A DNA stretch of 64,000 nucleotides from Arcobacteraceae bacterium (GTDB taxonomy: Bacteria; Campylobacterota; Campylobacteria; Campylobacterales; Arcobacteraceae). The translations under genes were made by a program, and so were the position numbers. A model generated the notes under the pieces. It did no database searches and had not been told where the DNA came from. It saw only the letters and a list, made by a program, of their open reading frames with translations. Of this stretch, positions 32,358 through 40,583 are shown one piece after another (the first letter of the stretch is position 1; the number at the start of each line of letters is the position of its first letter). The stretch covers positions 32,001 to 96,000 of the forward strand of contig CBDCZH010000001.1 of the NCBI GenBank assembly GCA_965224485.1, read 5' to 3'.

Positions 32358-32510
32358 TTATATTTTAGATGATACTTTGATGTTATATTTTTTTCTAATA
32401 ACTTTAGTCTCTTTTAAAACTTGTATTGAAGCTTCATTATATCCTTCAATTCTTTGAGTGTTTTTTATGACTTTTTTTAAAACATTTTGATTTAATCTCT
32501 TTTTAGTCAT
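32358..32510 (-). CDS. 50-aa basic protein, possible Fic (VbhA/Fti-like) antitoxin
   Basis: start reassigned to ATG at 32510 with aagg RBS; TQRIEG matches (S/T)xxxE(G/N). Confidence 0.5.
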   Translation of the reverse strand: MTKKRLNQNVLKKVIKNTQRIEGYNEASIQVLKETKVIRKKYNIKVSSKI

Positions 32511-32529
32511 TTTATTAACCTTACTTTCT

Positions 32530-32802
32530 TTATTTTTTAAACAAAGAAGAGTGAGAGCCAACTCTTGTAAGTGCAAGTTCCAAAATGTTATTATTAATTC
32601 TATAAATTAAAAGTAAATCAGGTTTGATATGACACTCTCTACAGTTGTTAAAGTTTCCTATTAGTTGGTGATCTTTGTATTTTTTATTTAGGTCTTCATT
32701 ATTGGCAAGTATTGTAATTATTTCTTTTAAAAGTTGTTTATCTTTGTTAGTTAATTTTTTATAATCTTTTTTAAAACTATTCGTTTTAAATATATTTAAC
32801 AC
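32530..32802 (-). CDS. yafQ: YafQ-family (RelE superfamily) mRNA interferase toxin
   Basis: FKKDYKK, YKDHQL.G, RECHIKPDLLLIY, RVGSHSSLF. Confidence 0.93.
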   Translation of the reverse strand: MLNIFKTNSFKKDYKKLTNKDKQLLKEIITILANNEDLNKKYKDHQLIGNFNNCRECHIKPDLLLIYRINNNILELALTRVGSHSSLFKK

Positions 32803-33054
32803 TTATGAATCCAAGTCTTTAAATAAATCCTCGACACTATTATGAGTTGTTCCTTTTCTCTGTTTTAGTTCATTTAAAGCTTTTTGTGTCTCTTTAGTAG
32901 GAACTTTAACATCAAAGGGTAAACCATTATTTAAAACAATCATATTATTAAACACAGAAATAGCTTGAGAATAAGTAAGTCCAAGTTTTTTTAAAATATC
33001 CTTAGCTTCAAAATAGTTTTCTTCATCAACTCTAATTGTTGTTTGAGTTTTCAT
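32803..33054 (-). CDS. RelB/DinJ-family antitoxin
   Basis: start reassigned to ATG at 33054 (aaagga RBS); TIRVD...A..IL..LGLT.SQAI, GLPFDV, DLFKDL; abuts yafQ. Confidence 0.9.
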   Translation of the reverse strand: MKTQTTIRVDEENYFEAKDILKKLGLTYSQAISVFNNMIVLNNGLPFDVKVPTKETQKALNELKQRKGTTHNSVEDLFKDLDS

Positions 33055-33182
33055 ATTTATTCCTTTAATATTTCTATTATATCCCAAAATGAATACAAAA
33101 TCAAATGAAAACACTATTTATTATTTTAAACTATTCTTGATTTTTTATCAATAGTAGTTTAATTATATTCAGCTTGAATAGC

Positions 33183-33203
33183 ATTTGGCTTATGGTAAAA
33201 TAG
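33183..33203 (+). repeat. 21-bp direct repeat, copy 2
   Basis: identical to 32312-32332. Confidence 0.9.
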
Positions 33204-33236
33204 ATTTTTGAATTTTATAAGTGAACTAATAATATG

Positions 33237-33344
33237 TTAATTAGTTTTTTCACTATCTATATGAGTGAGAGCATAAACGCTGTAAACTATCACAGCTGTA
33301 AATAGTACACCAATAAAAATGATTGATAATTGTGCAAAATCCAT
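33237..33344 (-). CDS. 35-aa single-TM microprotein (not in ORF track)
   Basis: MDFAQLSIIFIGVLFTAVIVYSVYALTHIDSEKTN with AAGGAG RBS. Confidence 0.6.
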   Translation of the reverse strand: MDFAQLSIIFIGVLFTAVIVYSVYALTHIDSEKTN

Positions 33345-33345
33345 T

Positions 33346-33570
33346 TTATAACTCCTTTATATCATTTATTAGTTTTATTATATATTTTATAATAAAAGGC
33401 AATATACATATAAATATTATATCTAAAAATATACCAATTACAAATATCAAATCAATATTATCTTTATAGTACATATTTAACAAACCTGCACTTATTGTCA
33501 ATACAACTGCAACAATAATTCCAAATCCAGCTTTAACAAGTGCAGGATCAATGTATTCTAACTCAGTTTG
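33346..33570 (-). pseudogene. two-TM small membrane protein lacking an obvious start codon
   Basis: open frame ..ALVKAGFGIIVAVVLTISAGLLNMYYKDNIDLIFVIGIFLDIIFICILPFIIKYIIKLINDIKEL*; preceded by an in-frame TAA. Confidence 0.45.
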
Positions 33571-33581
33571 TTCTTAATTGA

Positions 33582-34489
33582 TTAAAAACTCTTTATTTCA
33601 TCATTGTTATTGTTTTTTAATTCATCAACTAGTTCATCTTTTGTATGTAAATATAATTTATACTGACTTGCGAAAATATGTTCATTATCTTGAGGCAAAG
33701 AATATTGAACTACTTTTTCATTTTTATCATTACAAAGTAGTATTCCTATTGTTTTATTGTCATCACTATTTTTTATCTCTCTATCAAAATAATTTACATA
33801 CATTTGCAATTGACCTAAATCTTGGTGTTTAATTTTCTAGTTTTAAGCTCAATAATTACATAACACTTTAAAGGAATATTATAAAATACCAAATCAGCAA
33901 AATAACTATCTTCACTTAATGTCAAACGATATTGTCTTTTTACAAATGCAAAACCACGACCAAGTTCTAGTAAAAACTTTTCAAGATGTTCAATTAGTCT
34001 GTCTTTTAAAACTTTTTCATTGTTATTTGTGATTTCATCAAGTCCAAAAAACCCAATATATAAGGGTCTTTTATAATATCTTTTGGTTTCCTTTGAGCTG
34101 TTGTTTCTAACTCTTTTTTTTTCTTTAATTCTTAATATCGTATTGTTTTGTATCTCTTTTTGCAGTTGCCGTACTGTTAGGTTTTGCTCAATTGCATACT
34201 TTTCATAAAACTTCATTTCATTATTATCAAGTCTCATAAGATAAGTATAGTGTGTAAAAGATAGTTTAAATGTAGATTCGCCAGTCAATGACTGGCTTTT
34301 TTGCAAATCCAATTCTCCCGTCATTGACTGGAGTTTTTTATAAAACTATCTGCAATCTTTTATAGTAGAAACAGAAAAACCTTTTCCATATTTTAAAGTA
34401 AGTTTTTTAGATAAGTTTTGAATATTTCCAATCTTACTTTTAGCATCTTCTATTTCATTATATTGAGCTATTAATAAATCTTTTATCAT
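33582..34489 (-). pseudogene. YhcG/DUF1016 PD-(D/E)xK nuclease, disrupted
   Basis: LSKKLTLKYGKGFS..*FY (TAG at 34346-34348), LSFTHY, FLLELGRGFAFV.RQ, DLVFY, IELK, QMYVNY, IGILLC; several frameshifts. Confidence 0.88.
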
Positions 34490-34610
34490 AAAATACTTTT
34501 ATATTTTTTTATAAAAACTATCTTGTTTATGTTCATATCTTCTAAAAATAGCCCAAGAAATATAATTAACAATTTATAAGTTTACATTTGAAGGACTAGA
34601 ATGATGAAAA
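34490..34610 (-). pseudogene. remnant resembling the C-terminus of a DUF3800 protein
   Basis: translates FHHSSPSNVNL*IVNYISWAIFRRYE..FYKKI*, like the LQxxDYxxWAIFRKYE pattern. Confidence 0.45.
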
Positions 34611-34681
34611 TATCATATCTTATAAAATATCTTCTTAATTGTATCTCTAAAATTTCTTATATCTTGTTACGTAAAATTCCT

Positions 34682-36415
34682 TTATTCATATTCGGGTTTT
34701 GGTTCAGCTACCAAAATATTTTCATAATTATTTATCTTATGCTGTGGAATAAACTTTTTAAAATAGTTTTCTAAATTTTTATCATAACAGTATATATAGG
34801 TACCTTTTATTCCTCGATACATAATAGTTTTATAAATATTAATTATGTATTCATGTAGTTGAGTTAAATTAATTCCCGCTTTCCCATTTCTATCATAATA
34901 ATTTTCTTTTTTAGTTTCAATTAGTTTTGTTTTGTTATTGTAGATTATATCGCTTCCAAAGATAACTCCAGCGTAGTTTAAATCATAGCCTTGGGTAGTA
35001 TGTATACATCCCATTTCATTCATTTTACTTGTTGAATTAATCCAATCTTTATTTGTTCTATTCCAATATAAATCTACCCCATCAATTATAACATCTGGTT
35101 GTGCTGTTTTATTTGAAATCCATTTCCATGAATATCCAGAAATTGTTCTACATAATCCATGTTTTTTTTCTTTAATACTTAATTCTGTTATCATATCTTT
35201 CATTGAAGCAAAAAGTTTTAAATCATAATTCTTAGATTTCCATATATCTATTTTTTTGTTTGAAGATAAAAGGTTATTAATAAATTTAATATAATCTTCT
35301 CCTCCTTCAACTCTCATTTGAGATTTTAGTTCAATTGTTATGGAGTATGATTTTATTTTGTCAAATTCAGTTTGTTCCACATCTGAAGGTCTAATTGATT
35401 GCTTTTTATCATAAAAAAATAATTGATTATCACTTGAAAGTTGAATCCAATCTAGTTCATTACCTTTCACTTTATCTAAATTAAAAGATTTATTTGTTTT
35501 ATCGAATTCACCATAGCCAGTTATGTTTTTCCTTCTTTTTAATCTATGTGCTTCATCTACTATTAAAATATCATAATAATCATGTTTAACTTCATTTGGC
35601 CCAATTACTAATTTTTGAGATAATCCGTGAATACTTTTAAATACTTTTTGTAATGTTTTTCTTAAAGATGTCATAGGAATAACAAGTGCTATTTTTAACT
35701 CTTCTTTATTTCTTTTTAGTTTGTTTTTTACCTCTTGAGCTAATTCTATTAAGGAACTAACTTCAAAGTTATCTTCTAAGTCATCACTATTTATATCACT
35801 TAATAGAAGCTTGATAAGATATACTGCAAGTATAGTTTTTCCGGTTCCTGCACTACCTTGAATAAAAGTACTTGTTTCATTTTTTGAATTATTTAGTATA
35901 AAAAGATATTCTCTTATTGCATTATATTGATCTTCTGATAATTGCTTATATGGTGAGTATTTAAATAGGTCAGAATTTTGAATATTAAGAAGATCATTTT
36001 TTACTAGTTTTTCAAATTGTAAATTCTTCCAAATATTTTGAAAAGTATCTTCATATTTATTCTTTTGATAATATTGATGATTTGAAATACCATCATTTGC
36101 ATTTAGAAGTTTAAATTGATTATCTGCAAGCATATTTTGAATTAAACTTGATTCAATATCAAGAACAGAAGATTTATTAAAGTATTGGCTAAAAATAATT
36201 TTTATATTCTTTAGTTGCTTTTTTTCAGAATTGGATAAATGTTGCTTTACTCTATTTAAAATATTTGTTGTTTCTCCTATATACGCTTTTTTACTTTTTT
36301 TACAGTAAATGATATATACTGTTGGAAAAATATAATATGTTGGCATTTCTTCTTTTATCTGGTTAAATGAGGAATGATCAAAGATATAATCTTTTGTTAA
36401 GTATTCAAATGACAT
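34682..36415 (-). CDS. GIY-YIG nuclease fused to DUF2075 (Schlafen group-3-like) P-loop helicase
   Basis: VYII...AYIGET..R..QH; Walker A GSAGTGKT; Walker B VDEAHRL; LKSQMRV; CIHTTQGYDLNY; RGIKGTY. Confidence 0.88.
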   Translation of the reverse strand: MSFEYLTKDYIFDHSSFNQIKEEMPTYYIFPTVYIIYCKKSKKAYIGETTNILNRVKQHLSNSEKKQLKNIKIIFSQYFNKSSVLDIESSLIQNMLADNQFKLLNANDGISNHQYYQKNKYEDTFQNIWKNLQFEKLVKNDLLNIQNSDLFKYSPYKQLSEDQYNAIREYLFILNNSKNETSTFIQGSAGTGKTILAVYLIKLLLSDINSDDLEDNFEVSSLIELAQEVKNKLKRNKEELKIALVIPMTSLRKTLQKVFKSIHGLSQKLVIGPNEVKHDYYDILIVDEAHRLKRRKNITGYGEFDKTNKSFNLDKVKGNELDWIQLSSDNQLFFYDKKQSIRPSDVEQTEFDKIKSYSITIELKSQMRVEGGEDYIKFINNLLSSNKKIDIWKSKNYDLKLFASMKDMITELSIKEKKHGLCRTISGYSWKWISNKTAQPDVIIDGVDLYWNRTNKDWINSTSKMNEMGCIHTTQGYDLNYAGVIFGSDIIYNNKTKLIETKKENYYDRNGKAGINLTQLHEYIINIYKTIMYRGIKGTYIYCYDKNLENYFKKFIPQHKINNYENILVAEPKPEYE

Positions 36416-36759
36416 TAAATTTCTGTGTACTTTCTAAAGTTTCCTTTAATCTTTTCAATTGGATATTTTTTTTCATTTTTTTTCATCTTTTCTAATATTG
36501 CATCTTCTAAATTTATATCTAATTTCATACATAATTTAATCAGATAAATAGCGATATCTGCTATCTCATCTTTTGTATGAGCTTTATTTTCAATACTTAG
36601 ATTTTTAGATTCTTGCTCATCCATCCATTGAAATATTTCATTAAGTTCACCTATCTCCCCAGATAGAGCCATGATTAAATTTTTTGGAGAATGATATTTA
36701 TCCCATTCTCTTTCTTCAGAAAAGTTTTTAATTATGTGCTCTATATTTTTTAAGTTCAT
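36415..36759 (-). CDS. MazG-like nucleotide pyrophosphohydrolase
   Basis: EREWDKYHSPKNL..L..EIGEL.E.FQW, DEIAD, KM.KNE.KYP; 1-nt overlap with the helicase gene. Confidence 0.92.
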   Translation of the reverse strand: MNLKNIEHIIKNFSEEREWDKYHSPKNLIMALSGEIGELNEIFQWMDEQESKNLSIENKAHTKDEIADIAIYLIKLCMKLDINLEDAILEKMKKNEKKYPIEKIKGNFRKYTEI

Positions 36760-36866
36760 AAAGTATTCCTAATATAAATTATTATTAAATAATTTTACTA
36801 TAATTAATTAAATTTTTTGCTTATAGAAATTGTTATGATTAGTGAGAGTTTTTCATTTTATTGCAA

Positions 36867-36895
36867 TTGACTTAACTTAATATATCTGATATAAT
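36867..36895 (+). promoter_or_regulatory. sigma70 promoter antisense to PemK-like toxin 1
   Basis: TTGACT-17bp-TATAAT with extended TG. Confidence 0.8.
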
Positions 36896-36901
36896 ATTCG
36901 T

Positions 36902-36941
36902 ATAATTTCCTTCGGGACTGCCCTCTTAATTTTTAAGAGGG
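36902..36941 (+). ncRNA. putative small structured antisense RNA, copy 1 (3' end unknown)
   Basis: AUAAUU-UCC[UUCG]GGA-CUG-CCCUCUUAA[UUU]UUAAGAGGG, starting 7 nt after the -10; covaries with copy 2. Confidence 0.6.
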
Positions 36942-36947
36942 AGAAAA

Positions 36948-37334
36948 TCATAAATCTAATAGCTTTTTTAATTTTTTCCTTAAATTACTAAAATAAGCTT
37001 TATTTATTACTCCTACTTTTGTATCCAATCTTTTTACATCATAAATTTTAGCTTGTACTAATAGTGCATTACTTTGTATATTATTTAAGTTAAAGTTGTA
37101 GAAAAAACTTCCCTCTTTTATTTTTGTTGATAAGGGTACACCTAAAAATAAATCCCTATTCAATTTTTGAATTATTAATATAGGTCTTGAAAAATCCTTC
37201 CCTTTCCCATTTTGTTCAGAGCCAATATTTTCACCTATACTTGCCCAATAAATTTCCCTATTTTTTACGTTGATGGTATTTACTCTTTTATCTACTTGTT
37301 TTTTAACTTCATTCCATTCATCAAAATCTTTCAT
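36948..37334 (-). CDS. PemK/MazF-like toxin 1, no protein antitoxin
   Basis: MKDFDEWN, REIYWASIGENIGSEQ.GKG..F.RPILII, GVPLST, LVQAK..D.KRL. Confidence 0.85.
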   Translation of the reverse strand: MKDFDEWNEVKKQVDKRVNTINVKNREIYWASIGENIGSEQNGKGKDFSRPILIIQKLNRDLFLGVPLSTKIKEGSFFYNFNLNNIQSNALLVQAKIYDVKRLDTKVGVINKAYFSNLRKKLKKLLDL

Positions 37335-37990
37335 AATAATTCTTCTTCTTTAAAAGAGAAAAATCCATCTTTACTAAGTATTACATGGTCTAAAAATTCT
37401 ATTCCTAATATCTTTGCACTTGTTTGTAGTCTTTTTGTTATATTTATATCTTCACTACTTGGTTTTAGAATGGAAGAGGGGTGATTATGAGCAACTATTA
37501 TACTTGCACAGCGTTTTTGTATTGCATATGAGAATACTTCCCTTGGATGCACCAAGGATTGGTTTAATGTGCCTATACTTATTACTTTTGTAGCTACTAT
37601 ATTATTTGCTCCATCTAAATAGATACTTAAGAAGTATTCTTGTTTTTTATTATGATACTTTTTTAGGTGAATATATATATCTTTTGCTGTTTTGATTTGT
37701 ACTTTTGTTTTACTTAGGTATCTTTTTGATAATTCAAGGGCTGATAATATTTGGGAGGCTTTACTTAAACCTAAACCATGAATTGCTGTTAGTTTTTCTA
37801 AACTTAGGTTTTGAAAGTCTTTTTCAAAAAGTTTTATTATTTCTTTTGATAAATTCAAAACATCTTTTTGTTTTGTTCCACTTCCTAGAATGATTGAGAG
37901 AAGTTCATAATCTTTTAAAGAAGATATTCCATTTTTGATAAGTTTTTCTCTTGGTTTATCTATATTGTTTAAATTTTTGATTGTTTCCAT
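37331..37990 (-). CDS. radC: RadC-family JAB/MPN protein
   Basis: PREKL, ELLSIILGSG, HhH GLG, VHPREVF, AHNHPS...S.ED, LDHVI. Confidence 0.95.
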   Translation of the reverse strand: METIKNLNNIDKPREKLIKNGISSLKDYELLSIILGSGTKQKDVLNLSKEIIKLFEKDFQNLSLEKLTAIHGLGLSKASQILSALELSKRYLSKTKVQIKTAKDIYIHLKKYHNKKQEYFLSIYLDGANNIVATKVISIGTLNQSLVHPREVFSYAIQKRCASIIVAHNHPSSILKPSSEDINITKRLQTSAKILGIEFLDHVILSKDGFFSFKEEELL

Positions 37991-38000
37991 TTTCTCTCCT

Positions 38001-38029
38001 TTGACTTAATAGCCGTTATCTGATATAAT
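38001..38029 (+). promoter_or_regulatory. sigma70 promoter antisense to PemK-like toxin 2
   Basis: TTGACT-17bp-TATAAT with extended TG; shares tatctgatataata with copy 1. Confidence 0.8.
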
Positions 38030-38035
38030 ACATAC

Positions 38036-38074
38036 ATAATTCGCCTTCGGGCACACCCACTTTTTTCAAGTGGG
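38036..38074 (+). ncRNA. putative small structured antisense RNA, copy 2 (3' end unknown)
   Basis: AUAAUU-C-GCC[UUCG]GGC-ACA-CCCACUU[UUUUC]AAGUGGG; second hairpin overlaps the toxin stop codon. Confidence 0.6.
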
Positions 38075-38470
38075 GCTAATTATTCCTCGTAGTTTTAAAA
38101 TAATTTCTTCAAAATCTTTTTTATTTACTATTCCTATTTTGTTCATTAGTCTTTTTATACTAAAAACTTTTACTTGTAGTATCATTGCAGAATTTTTAGT
38201 TTCACCATTTTGTTTATTTGTATATGTAAACTTGTGAAAATAATCATTGTTTTTTATTGTACTGGTAATTTGAACCCCAATAAATAAATCGCTTGTAAGT
38301 TTTCTTATTATAATTATAGGTCTTGCAAAGTTTTTATCTTTGCCATATTCTTCGCTTCCAATATTCAAACCTATTTTTGCCCAAAATATTTCGCGAGATT
38401 TAATTCCTAGTTCTCTTTCATTTGTAGAACATTTCTTTTTTATTTCATTCCAATTATCGTAATCTTTCAT
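38066..38470 (-). CDS. PemK/MazF-like toxin 2, no protein antitoxin
   Basis: MKDYDNWN, REIFWAKIGLNIGSEEYGK...F.RPIIII, ILQVK.FS.KRL; paralogous to 36948-37334. Confidence 0.85.
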   Translation of the reverse strand: MKDYDNWNEIKKKCSTNERELGIKSREIFWAKIGLNIGSEEYGKDKNFARPIIIIRKLTSDLFIGVQITSTIKNNDYFHKFTYTNKQNGETKNSAMILQVKVFSIKRLMNKIGIVNKKDFEEIILKLRGIISPT

Positions 38471-38540
38471 AACTGTCCTTTATTAGAATAAAGTATAGTA
38501 TAAAATAATTAAAAAAGTAATTTAATTTGGAACTAAACTA

Positions 38541-39098
38541 TTAAAGGGAGCTTTTAATGGATTTTAAAATACTTTCTTGTCGATTTATTTTGGAATCACT
38601 TCTTAGAAAGATACTTGTTAAGTTCTTATCTATTACTTTTATATAAAACTTTTTAATATAGGGATAGCTATAAGTTTTATTCATAGTTTGAGTTGATAGT
38701 TTTTTTATTGGATAAATTTGCATTAAAATAAAAAGTACAAAAGAGATTACTAATATTGCTTCTAAAAAAGATATGATTTTTGCTAGTAGTATTTTTATTC
38801 TTGCACTTGAAATTAGGTAATTTAGTGCTTTAAGAATATATTTAAAACTATAAATTAAGATAAGTAAATTGATAAAAAAAGCTAATAATATAGCTATATA
38901 ATATGTATCAGCTCTTAAAATATTTACTTTTGATAAAAAAGTATAAGTTTCATAGGAGAAAGAAGAAGATAAAAATATAAATAAAAATATTTTTATATAA
39001 TCAAATACTTTTATATACGTTCTTTTTATATAATTAAAATACGAGAAAAAAACAATGGCTAGAAAAAATAACAAATCAATAATAAAGTAATACTTCAT
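38541..39098 (-). CDS. membrane protein, possibly CvpA-like
   Basis: about four TM segments, N-terminal IIDL; weak resemblance only. Confidence 0.5.
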   Translation of the reverse strand: MKYYFIIDLLFFLAIVFFSYFNYIKRTYIKVFDYIKIFLFIFLSSSFSYETYTFLSKVNILRADTYYIAILLAFFINLLILIYSFKYILKALNYLISSARIKILLAKIISFLEAILVISFVLFILMQIYPIKKLSTQTMNKTYSYPYIKKFYIKVIDKNLTSIFLRSDSKINRQESILKSIKSSL

Positions 39099-39271
39099 AA
39101 CTATCCTAATTAAAAGAGAATTATCTCATATTTTTGTATAAAATAATATAAATATAAGAAAAATATAAAAAAACTACTAACTTAAGGTAAACTTATTGAT
39201 ATTAATTATTAATATAAGTTAACTTTCAAGTAAAATTTAGTAAAATCTTTTAAATAAAAAAGGATTTATAT

Positions 39272-39826
39272 ATGAAAAAAATATTATTAACTGCTGTTTT
39301 AGCATTCGCTTTATTTACTAACTTAAATGCGTATGACTTAGATGGTGATTTAGGTTTAAAATGGACTGGTTTTAAATCAGCAAACAAAGTTGGAGTTGCT
39401 GGGACTTTTAAAAAAGTTACACTTGAAATGAAAAAAGCTGCTAAATTAGCTGATTTCTTAAAAAGTTCAAAAGTAGAAATTGATACGTCTAGTGTTAATA
39501 CAAAAATGGGATTTAGAGATAAAAACATTACTTCTACTCTTTTCAAGCTTGCAAGCTCTAAACTTATCAAAGGTTCAATCTCTTCTGTAAAAGGTGATGA
39601 TAAAAAAGGTTCATTAAGTTTAACACTTACTATGAATGAAGTTACTAAAGAAGTACCTATGACTTATGAAGTTAGTGCTAATAAAATTATTGTAAAAGGT
39701 AGTGTTGAAATATTAGACTTTGCTTTAAGTGAATCATTTGCAGCTTTTGCTAAAAAATGTAAAGCTTTTCACCAAAATAAAACATATTCTGATGTAGCTG
39801 TTGAGTTTACTATTCCTTTTAAATAA
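39272..39826 (+). CDS. YceI-family lipid/polyisoprenoid-binding protein
   Basis: signal peptide, WTGFK..GV.GTF, SVNT...RD, LTMNEVTKEV. Confidence 0.85.
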   Translation: MKKILLTAVLAFALFTNLNAYDLDGDLGLKWTGFKSANKVGVAGTFKKVTLEMKKAAKLADFLKSSKVEIDTSSVNTKMGFRDKNITSTLFKLASSKLIKGSISSVKGDDKKGSLSLTLTMNEVTKEVPMTYEVSANKIIVKGSVEILDFALSESFAAFAKKCKAFHQNKTYSDVAVEFTIPFK

Positions 39827-39840
39827 AAAGAAATAAGAAT

Positions 39841-39876
39841 AAAAAAAGGCTTCTATATAATATAGAAGCCTTTTTT
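39841..39876. terminator. bidirectional terminator
   Basis: A-run-ggcttctata / tatagaagcc-T-run between convergent genes. Confidence 0.85.
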
Positions 39877-39891
39877 ATTATATAAAATATC

Positions 39892-40569
39892 TTATTTAAA
39901 TAAAGACGAACCAACTCTAATCATATTCGAACCACTTGCGATTGCAAGTTCATAATCACTGCTCATACCCATTGAACAATATTTTGCTCCAAAAGGTACA
40001 ACTTTATCATAAATATCTTTTGTGATCTTAAAAGATTCTTTAATCTCTTCTCTAATCGTGCTATGTGCTCCTATGCTCATAACACCAAGAAGTTTAATAT
40101 TTGGACAGGTATCTAATATACTTTTATAAATATCAAAAGCTTCTTGTGCTTGTACTCCTGCTTTACTAGGCTCATTTGCAGAGTTTATTTGCAGTAAACA
40201 TTTCATAGTTTTATTTTTTGCTTCAAGTTTTTTATTTAATTCTTGGGCTAAACTAAGAGAATCAAGAGAGTGCATTAGTGTTGGATTTAAATCAATTAAA
40301 TTATTGATTTTATTTTTTTGTAGTGTTCCTATAAAGTGCCATTCTAAAGGAAGTTCATCTAAAGCTTCAGCTTTTTGCTTTAAATCTTGTACTTTATTTT
40401 CCCCATAAGCTCTTTGACCTGCTTCATATAAACTTGTGATATCTTCTTTGTTTGAATACTTAGAAACTGCTATTAGTTTAACTATATGATGCTCACTTAT
40501 AAAAAGCCTAGCACCTTCCATTTTACTAATAACTTTATTCAAGTTTAGTATTGCTTGTTCTTTATTCAT
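39892..40569 (-). CDS. yggS: PLP homeostasis protein YggS family
   Basis: LIAVSK, GENKVQ, WHFIG.LQKNK, SMGMSSD, RVGS. Confidence 0.95.
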   Translation of the reverse strand: MNKEQAILNLNKVISKMEGARLFISEHHIVKLIAVSKYSNKEDITSLYEAGQRAYGENKVQDLKQKAEALDELPLEWHFIGTLQKNKINNLIDLNPTLMHSLDSLSLAQELNKKLEAKNKTMKCLLQINSANEPSKAGVQAQEAFDIYKSILDTCPNIKLLGVMSIGAHSTIREEIKESFKITKDIYDKVVPFGAKYCSMGMSSDYELAIASGSNMIRVGSSLFK

Positions 40570-40583
40570 ATATCTTTATCCTT

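Noticed and set aside
36921..36941. Hairpin as a simple terminator of toxin 1 (and 38056-38074 for toxin 2)
   Set aside because: No U-tract follows on the minus strand, copy 2 overlaps the stop codon, and a terminator does not explain the conserved promoter and UUCG hairpin; a dual role is not excluded.
32186..38470. Prophage, IS element or integron
   Set aside because: No integrase, transposase or phage genes, and no repeated attC-like sites recognised.
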